Source: Candidatus Thalassarchaeum sp. (GTDB lineage Archaea > Thermoplasmatota > Poseidoniia > Poseidoniales > Thalassarchaeaceae). Taken from it: DNA of 64,000 nt. The stretch's first letter is position 1, and each line of letters starts with the position of its first letter. Both the position numbers and the translations under genes were made by a program. The notes under the pieces are model-generated. The model was given only the letters and a program-made list of their open reading frames with translations. It was not told the DNA's origin and ran no database searches. The DNA lies in NCBI GenBank assembly GCA_016777225.1, contig JADHRW010000001.1, positions 170,981-234,980 on the forward strand. The letters are read 5' to 3'. Below are positions 58,368 through 64,000 of this stretch, one piece after another.

Positions 58368-59702
58368 CTATAACAAGTCTTTATGTTCTTCGAGATAGTG
58401 TATGGTAATATTTCTTTTACGGAAATCCGTTTCAGATAAAATTGCTTGATGTAACGGTATTAGAGTATCCACACCTAACAATTTTATCTCTGATAAAGCT
58501 GCTTTTAATTTGGCAATAGATTCATCCCTAGAAGGGGCCCAAACTATCAATTTTGCGAGTAAACTGTCGAAGGAAGCAGGCATATCATAACCAGTATATG
58601 CATGAGTATCAATCCTAACTCCAGGTCCACCAGGCCAGTGACACTCCCATAATTTACCAGGTGAGGGGGCTAAAGTAACAGGGTTTTCAGCATTTAACCT
58701 AACTTGTATTGCATGTCCATTAATATTAATATCCTCTTGTCTTAAGCGTATTTCTTCACCTGCTGCAACTCTTATTCCCATAGATACTAAATCTGTACCA
58801 GTGATCATTTCCGTAACAGTATGTTCAACCTGAACTCTAGGATTAACTTCTAAGAAATAGAATTCTCCTTGAGAGTCTCGGAGAAATTCAAATGTGGCTA
58901 AACCACAATATCCCACTGCTTTAGCACCTTCAACCACTTTAGTTCCAATTTCTTCTCTTTTCTCTTCAGATAACCAAGGCCCTTCTTCTAGTATCTTCTG
59001 ATGTCTTCGTTGAATAGAACAAAACCTTTCACCGAAATGTATTGCCTCTTTACCATCCCCCAATACTTGGAATTCGATATGTTGAGCACCTTCAATAAAC
59101 TTCTCTAAAAATACTCTATCATCGCCAAAAGCAGAAAGTGCACGTCCTTGACAAAGTTTCATTGCAGACTCAAATTCCTCAGAAGATTCTACTACTTGCA
59201 TACCGATACCACCACCTCCAGCAGCCGCTTTAAGAATCACTGGAAAGCCAATTTCTTCAGCGATTAATGATGCTTCTTTAGGATTTGAAATAGGGCCTGG
59301 AGAGCCCATAGCAATTGGAAGACCTGCTTTAGACATCGCCTCTCTAGCAGTAATTTTATCACCTAATAATTGAAGCACTTCTGCACTTGGTCCGATAAAA
59401 GTAATACCTTCTTCAGAGAGTCTCTTAGCAAACGTTGGATTCTCAGCAAGAAATCCATAACCTGGATGGACAGCATCGGCTCCTACATCTTTAGCAGCAG
59501 CAACAATTGCTTCAATATCTAGGTAAGATGCTAAAGGGTCGTCTCGCGGTATGTATACCGACTCATCTGCTAGTCTAACAGGTGTTGAAATTCTATCTTC
59601 CCTGCCATATATCATCACTGCTTCTATACCTAGAGAATGTAGTGAACGAAGAATACGTAAAGCAATTTCTCCACGATTTGCAATGAGGACTCTTCGAAAC
59701 AT
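58368..59702 (-). CDS. accC: Biotin carboxylase (acetyl/propionyl-CoA carboxylase biotin carboxylase subunit)
   Basis: ATP-grasp biotin carboxylase with N-terminus MFRRVLIANRGEIALRI. The ORF-track start at 59726 adds 8 residues; the start is probably the Met at about 59702. The protein is about 445 aa with no BCCP domain. Confidence 0.85.
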   Translation of the reverse strand: MFRRVLIANRGEIALRILRSLHSLGIEAVMIYGREDRISTPVRLADESVYIPRDDPLASYLDIEAIVAAAKDVGADAVHPGYGFLAENPTFAKRLSEEGITFIGPSAEVLQLLGDKITAREAMSKAGLPIAMGSPGPISNPKEASLIAEEIGFPVILKAAAGGGGIGMQVVESSEEFESAMKLCQGRALSAFGDDRVFLEKFIEGAQHIEFQVLGDGKEAIHFGERFCSIQRRHQKILEEGPWLSEEKREEIGTKVVEGAKAVGYCGLATFEFLRDSQGEFYFLEVNPRVQVEHTVTEMITGTDLVSMGIRVAAGEEIRLRQEDININGHAIQVRLNAENPVTLAPSPGKLWECHWPGGPGVRIDTHAYTGYDMPASFDSLLAKLIVWAPSRDESIAKLKAALSEIKLLGVDTLIPLHQAILSETDFRKRNITIHYLEEHKDLL

Positions 59703-59763
59703 CATTCTTGGCAACGAAAGGCACACTATGATTGCATCGGCAAAAATATAGTAGATTTAACTA

Positions 59764-61602
59764 TCAATAGACATCTCGCAAGTAACGCTTATCTTTTTTC
59801 ATCATACTATCTTCAACAAAAGATTTAGCATCATCTAAACTCATTTTACCATGTTCAGAACAAATATCAATCAATGTTTGATGAACATCTTTAGCCATAC
59901 GTGATTTATCTCCACAAACATAAAAATACCCTCCACCATCAATCCATTCCCAAATTTCTAATCCATTTTTTCTCATTAAATGTTGAACATAAACCTTCTC
60001 AGAACCATCTCTTGACCAAGCAAGATCATGTTTAGTTAAAATATCTCGATTTTTCCAATCATCCATCTCTTCTTTGTAGTAGTATTCTCCTTCTTCAGTC
60101 CAGTCTCCAAAGAATAGCCAATTTCTACCTCTGTCACCATTCAAATCTCTTTGCTGGAGAAATGCCCTAAATGGTGCTATTCCAGTACCTGGCCCTACCA
60201 TAATACAGTCAACATCACCATTCTCTGGTAAAACGAATGACCTAGTAGGAGACATGAAAACTCCTATCGGAGTTTCTTCTACTACGCACCTATCTGAAAG
60301 ATATCCAGTAGTTAATCCGGCTCTATCTCTATCGTGATAGTTGTAACGAACAATTCCTACAGTTAAGTGAACAGTCCCTGGCTCATATTCTGGACTACTT
60401 GCTATTGAATAAAGTCGTGGCTTTAATCTGTCCATTCCATCAATAAATTCTTGCGGAGTAAATGATACATTGCTAAAATCTCTAAGTGCATCGACATAGT
60501 CCCTCGTCCACATATAATCTTCCATAGATTTAGAGTCTGAAGTTAGTTTGTTCCAAAGCTCTTCAGCAGGGTCATTTGGAGAAGTTATCTGTGAATAGTC
60601 GGATGGTAAATCATCATCATTACCTGAACCTTTCCAACTTATTATTGTTGAACCGTCAGACGTCGATACACGATTTCTGCTAACTATCCTAATTTCAATA
60701 GGACCTTCACTACTAACTACTCTTGAGCCTAAACCTTCAATCCATTTTTTAGAAACTCGATGAACTTCATACCTTGTGGACAATGCTTCATGTAAACTGC
60801 AAACCCCGAGATTTGTTTCAACCTCTTCTTCTCCAGTAAAACCACCTAGAGAAAGAAGATCTGCCACAACTTCAGGAGGACAAATTGGAATTACCCCCAA
60901 TGCGTCACCTGCCTTATATTCTAATCCTGAATCACCTAAATCGAATACTATGTGCCGAGTTTCTTTACCTGAACCCTTGCCATTAAGAATAAAGTTTTGA
61001 GTTAATTTAGAGGAATAAGGATTCTTCGCATTCCATTGTGACTTAGCAACTTCCTTTTTTATGGTCGTATTATCAATAGCTTCTAATGTTGATTCATCAA
61101 TCTCAATAATTTCTTCAGCAACTTCTACGGGAGGTGCGATATCTTCGATTGCTGCCATTTTGACGAGAACAGCATCCGACCATGTTTGTGCGGGTTCTTC
61201 ATAATCAACATCACAATCAACTCTATCATATACTCTAGTAGCACCTTTAGATTCAAACCAATTATCCCATTCTTTACCTGATTCACAGAATAAATCATAA
61301 GAAGAATCGCCCAATGCTAACACTGAGAAGTGCAATCCTTTCAACGAATCTATATTACTACCATTTGCTTCTTCCCAAAGATCTTCTGCATTGTCTGGTT
61401 GTTCTCCATCGCCCCAAGTACTGCAACAAATGAGTAAACGAGTTTGTCCAAGAATTTCATCAATTGAAATCTCATCCATTGCTCTAACAATTGGTTGTAA
61501 GTTATGTTTTAATGCGGCATTACCAGTTTGTATAGCAACATCTTCCGAATTACCAGATTGAGAACCGTATAAGATAAGTAAAGAACGAGCATCAGACATC
61601 AT
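59764..61602 (-). CDS. NADPH-dependent diflavin reductase (sulfite reductase flavoprotein CysJ / cytochrome P450 reductase-like)
   Basis: 612-aa ORF with an N-terminal flavodoxin domain (LILYGSQSGNSEDVA), an FAD-binding domain (RLYSIASS) and a C-terminal NADPH domain (YVCGDKSRMAKDVHQTL). Confidence 0.8.
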   Translation of the reverse strand: MMSDARSLLILYGSQSGNSEDVAIQTGNAALKHNLQPIVRAMDEISIDEILGQTRLLICCSTWGDGEQPDNAEDLWEEANGSNIDSLKGLHFSVLALGDSSYDLFCESGKEWDNWFESKGATRVYDRVDCDVDYEEPAQTWSDAVLVKMAAIEDIAPPVEVAEEIIEIDESTLEAIDNTTIKKEVAKSQWNAKNPYSSKLTQNFILNGKGSGKETRHIVFDLGDSGLEYKAGDALGVIPICPPEVVADLLSLGGFTGEEEVETNLGVCSLHEALSTRYEVHRVSKKWIEGLGSRVVSSEGPIEIRIVSRNRVSTSDGSTIISWKGSGNDDDLPSDYSQITSPNDPAEELWNKLTSDSKSMEDYMWTRDYVDALRDFSNVSFTPQEFIDGMDRLKPRLYSIASSPEYEPGTVHLTVGIVRYNYHDRDRAGLTTGYLSDRCVVEETPIGVFMSPTRSFVLPENGDVDCIMVGPGTGIAPFRAFLQQRDLNGDRGRNWLFFGDWTEEGEYYYKEEMDDWKNRDILTKHDLAWSRDGSEKVYVQHLMRKNGLEIWEWIDGGGYFYVCGDKSRMAKDVHQTLIDICSEHGKMSLDDAKSFVEDSMMKKDKRYLRDVY

Positions 61603-61723
61603 AATACCTCGAATGTATGTACTGCCGAGTTGAAACCCATTTATGAATAGATGTCTAAAGACAGGTAGTGTTGACTCATCTTCAAAGCGATTAAGTCAAG
61701 TCTTAGATGCATAGTCGGTAACT

Positions 61724-62527
61724 ATGAATCGCATCGACTTCCTAGGCACTGGCAATGCCTTCACACCTTTTGGAAGACTACATGCATTAGCAATAATTGA
61801 TAGAAAAATACTGATTGACACTCCACCTTCTCTGATACCACAACTACGAAAATCAGGTATAAAAACATCAGACATAAGTCATTTATTATTCACTCATTGG
61901 CATGCAGATCATACATTTGGGTTTCCATTCTTCTTACTTGAAAGAAAATATATTTCAGATACAAAGAGAGAACAAGAATTGAATATTTATTTGAGACCAG
62001 GAGGTAGAGATTTCTTGGCTAATCTTTGCAATATTGGATTCCCAGGAAGTCTAGAAAATGACATTGATTTAATCGCAAATTGGAATGAAATGGAAAATAC
62101 AGAGTTAGTTGGTACAGATTGGAAGTTTGAGAGATTCCCTGTCTGTCATACTCCAGAGACAGATCCTCACGGTTATGAATTGAAACACAATAATGGATTT
62201 ATTCTACTACATTGTGGAGATTCAGGTCCATGTGAAGAAATAGAGAATAGAGCAAGTAATGCTGATGTAGTAATTTTAGAAATGGGTATGCCTGACATAG
62301 GAGATTTCCCTTATCACCATACACCCAAAGATGTGAAAGAATTCTCAGAAAGGAATCCCAACACATTAGTTCTAGTCACACATAATTATGCAAGTTCTAG
62401 AAATAATGAAGAAGGATTTCCCATACCAGAATTACCAGGGAAAATTCATCAATTAGAAGATGGAGATGCAATAGTATTTGATGAGAATGGTCAAGTAGAA
62501 TTGTTAAAAAAGAAGTTTGATAAATAA
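61724..62527 (+). CDS. Metallo-beta-lactamase-fold hydrolase
   Basis: 267-aa ORF with the MBL motif HxHxDH (FTHWHADHTFG) and downstream His/Asp ligands. Confidence 0.7.
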   Translation: MNRIDFLGTGNAFTPFGRLHALAIIDRKILIDTPPSLIPQLRKSGIKTSDISHLLFTHWHADHTFGFPFFLLERKYISDTKREQELNIYLRPGGRDFLANLCNIGFPGSLENDIDLIANWNEMENTELVGTDWKFERFPVCHTPETDPHGYELKHNNGFILLHCGDSGPCEEIENRASNADVVILEMGMPDIGDFPYHHTPKDVKEFSERNPNTLVLVTHNYASSRNNEEGFPIPELPGKIHQLEDGDAIVFDENGQVELLKKKFDK

Positions 62528-62917
62528 CTTCATTATAAAGTATAAATTTTATTAAATGCTATTTTTAGTATCAATAGACTAAAAAAAAATAAATTCAGTT
62601 AGAAGATTGAACAGATTGAAATACAAAAAAAAATAAGAACATAATTATAATTAATTATTTATTTAATAGTGTTAATTTAACACCGCAATAAAAAAGAAGA
62701 AAAGGGGTACTGATTAGATGCTCGTATGTAAAAGTTAACATTAGTAGTTGATTACTTTAACCTCTATTAGAGGATTGAAAACTGGGTCTCACCTCACCTT
62801 AGATTGGAATCACTTATTACCTCTAAGCGTGTCGTCAAGAATCCCCGTTGTTCGACCGACCATCTCAAAGAGTGGTATTAGAACTTTGGAAATAACCTAA
62901 GGCATTGGTGATAAAAA
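62528..62917. other. Candidate replication origin / orc1-cdc6 upstream control region: AT-rich unwinding-element-like stretch plus four same-orientation GATTGRAA repeats and a CCTCTA-T-TAGAGG palindrome
   Basis: This 390-bp noncoding gap is the longest in the window. It has A-tracts and TA-rich DNA at 62560..62700. The motif AGATTGAAC/AGATTGAAA occurs in tandem at 62604..62621, with GATTGAAA again at 62773..62780 and AGATTGGAA at 62801..62809. A palindrome sits at 62761..62773. The region lies immediately 5' of orc1/cdc6. Confidence 0.4.
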
Positions 62918-64000
62918 ATGGATGGAAATATTTTCGAGAAAATTCTCGGACAAAAATCTCTATTCATCGATAGGAAGGCATTTGATCATGCATTTGAACC
63001 AAGTAATCTGCCTCATAGAGAGCCAGAAGTAGAAGCTTTAGTGAGAAATTTAGTTGATGCCTTGAATGGACATATTCCATCTAATATGTTACTTTATGGT
63101 GTTCCCGGATCAGGTAAAACTGTGGTGACAAGATTTGTACTCAGTCAATTACTTGAGAAAGGTAAACAAATGGGTCACCCGGTTCAAACCTATGAGATAA
63201 ATTGTAGGAATGTTGACACTAAATATAGGGTTGTTCAAAATCTAGCCAGTCAGCTGAAACAACGCGGAGATTATCCTATTCCATTTACAGGCTGGCCTAC
63301 CGATAGAGTGCTGGAAACACTAATTGAAAGAATGGATAGAGCCGGTGGTGTTCATATATTAGTTTTAGATGAAATTGATAACTTAGTAGCGAGAGCTGGT
63401 TCAGATTTACTTTACAGTCTAACAAATCTAAATACAATATTAAAAAATGCTAGATGCTGTATTATTGGAATCAGTAATGACTTGAATTTCACCCAAGAAC
63501 TAGATCCACGAGTTAGTTCGAGACTGAGTCAAGAAGACGTTGTATTCCATCCATATGGTGCTCAAGAAATTCAAGATATTTTACAAGAAAGGGTGCGTAT
63601 GGGATTGAAGAATGATTCTTTGGAAGGAGGAGTAATTCCTCTATGTTCAGCCCTTGCCGCACAAGAACATGGAGATGCAAGAAGGGCATTAGATTTATTG
63701 AGAATTTCAGTACAAAAAGCGGAACAAAGGTCGCAAACTAAAGTGGACCCTAAGCATGTACGCTTAGCACAATCTCAACTTGAACACGATCAAGTTACGC
63801 CTGTTTTGAAGACTCTACCCCTCCATCAAAAATTAGTATTGTTCTGCATTATTATAAATGAAGAAAATGGTTTAAGAAATATCTGTACGGGAGAAATATT
63901 CCGAACATATTCGCAAGCATGTATGAAAATAAGTATTGAACCATTGACGCCAAGAAGAATTTCTTCACTACTGAATGAACTAGACACACTTGGATTAATT
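62918..64000 (+). CDS. cdc6: Orc1/Cdc6 replication initiator (3'-truncated by the window edge)
   Basis: The N-terminus is a canonical Orc1/Cdc6 start (LFIDRKAFDHAFEPSNLPHREPEVEAL), followed by Walker A (GVPGSGKTV), Walker B (LVLDEID) and sensor regions. The ORF is open to position 64000. Confidence 0.9.
   Translation, partial: MDGNIFEKILGQKSLFIDRKAFDHAFEPSNLPHREPEVEALVRNLVDALNGHIPSNMLLYGVPGSGKTVVTRFVLSQLLEKGKQMGHPVQTYEINCRNVDTKYRVVQNLASQLKQRGDYPIPFTGWPTDRVLETLIERMDRAGGVHILVLDEIDNLVARAGSDLLYSLTNLNTILKNARCCIIGISNDLNFTQELDPRVSSRLSQEDVVFHPYGAQEIQDILQERVRMGLKNDSLEGGVIPLCSALAAQEHGDARRALDLLRISVQKAEQRSQTKVDPKHVRLAQSQLEHDQVTPVLKTLPLHQKLVLFCIIINEENGLRNICTGEIFRTYSQACMKISIEPLTPRRISSLLNELDTLGLI

Overview
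This is a compact, AT-rich (roughly 40% GC by eye), gene-dense window that reads as archaeal, with a set of bacterial-type metabolic genes mixed in.

Archaeal information-processing genes:
- Replication: an Orc1/Cdc6 gene truncated at the 3' edge, PCNA, RFC small subunit, and an RPA operon consisting of a multi-OB-fold RPA with a zinc ribbon plus an RPA32-like subunit.
- Transcription, translation and RNA modification: TFS, a Nop5-fibrillarin pair, Pelota and GatD.
- tRNAs: tRNA-Phe(GAA), tRNA-Gly(UCC), and an intron-containing CAU-anticodon tRNA (Met or Ile2) with the intron at the canonical 37/38 position.

Bacterial-type metabolic and repair genes:
- KatG, RNase PH, formate-THF ligase, PanB and MogA.
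- A fused IcmF-type B12 acyl-CoA mutase, together with an acyl-CoA carboxylase carboxyltransferase subunit, a biotin carboxylase, an acyl-CoA ligase and an acyl-CoA thioesterase.
- A CysJ-like diflavin reductase, a SMUG1-like uracil-DNA glycosylase, Fpg and an EndoIV-like AP endonuclease.

The mix suggests a Thermoplasmatota / marine-group-II-like archaeon, but that is only an inference. I found no CRISPR array, rRNA, transposase or integrase.

The most interesting unexplained items are:
- a candidate replication origin (AT-rich, with four GATTGRAA repeats) immediately upstream of orc1/cdc6;
- a tightly coupled three-gene operon of unknown protein, a highly divergent TBP-fold paralog and a TatD nuclease, ending at tRNA-Gly;
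- a P-loop-less EF-Tu/SelB-like pseudo-GTPase next to a long low-complexity membrane-anchored protein;
- an AmnB/AmnA-like alpha/beta LigB-type extradiol dioxygenase pair followed by a RidA (AmnD-like) gene;
- an APC amino-acid permease fused to a C-terminal EF-hand pair;
- a triple SAP/HeH-motif protein abutting the RPA operon;
- a low-GC islet at the 3' flank of tRNA-Phe;
- a trypsin-like GDSGGP gene remnant.
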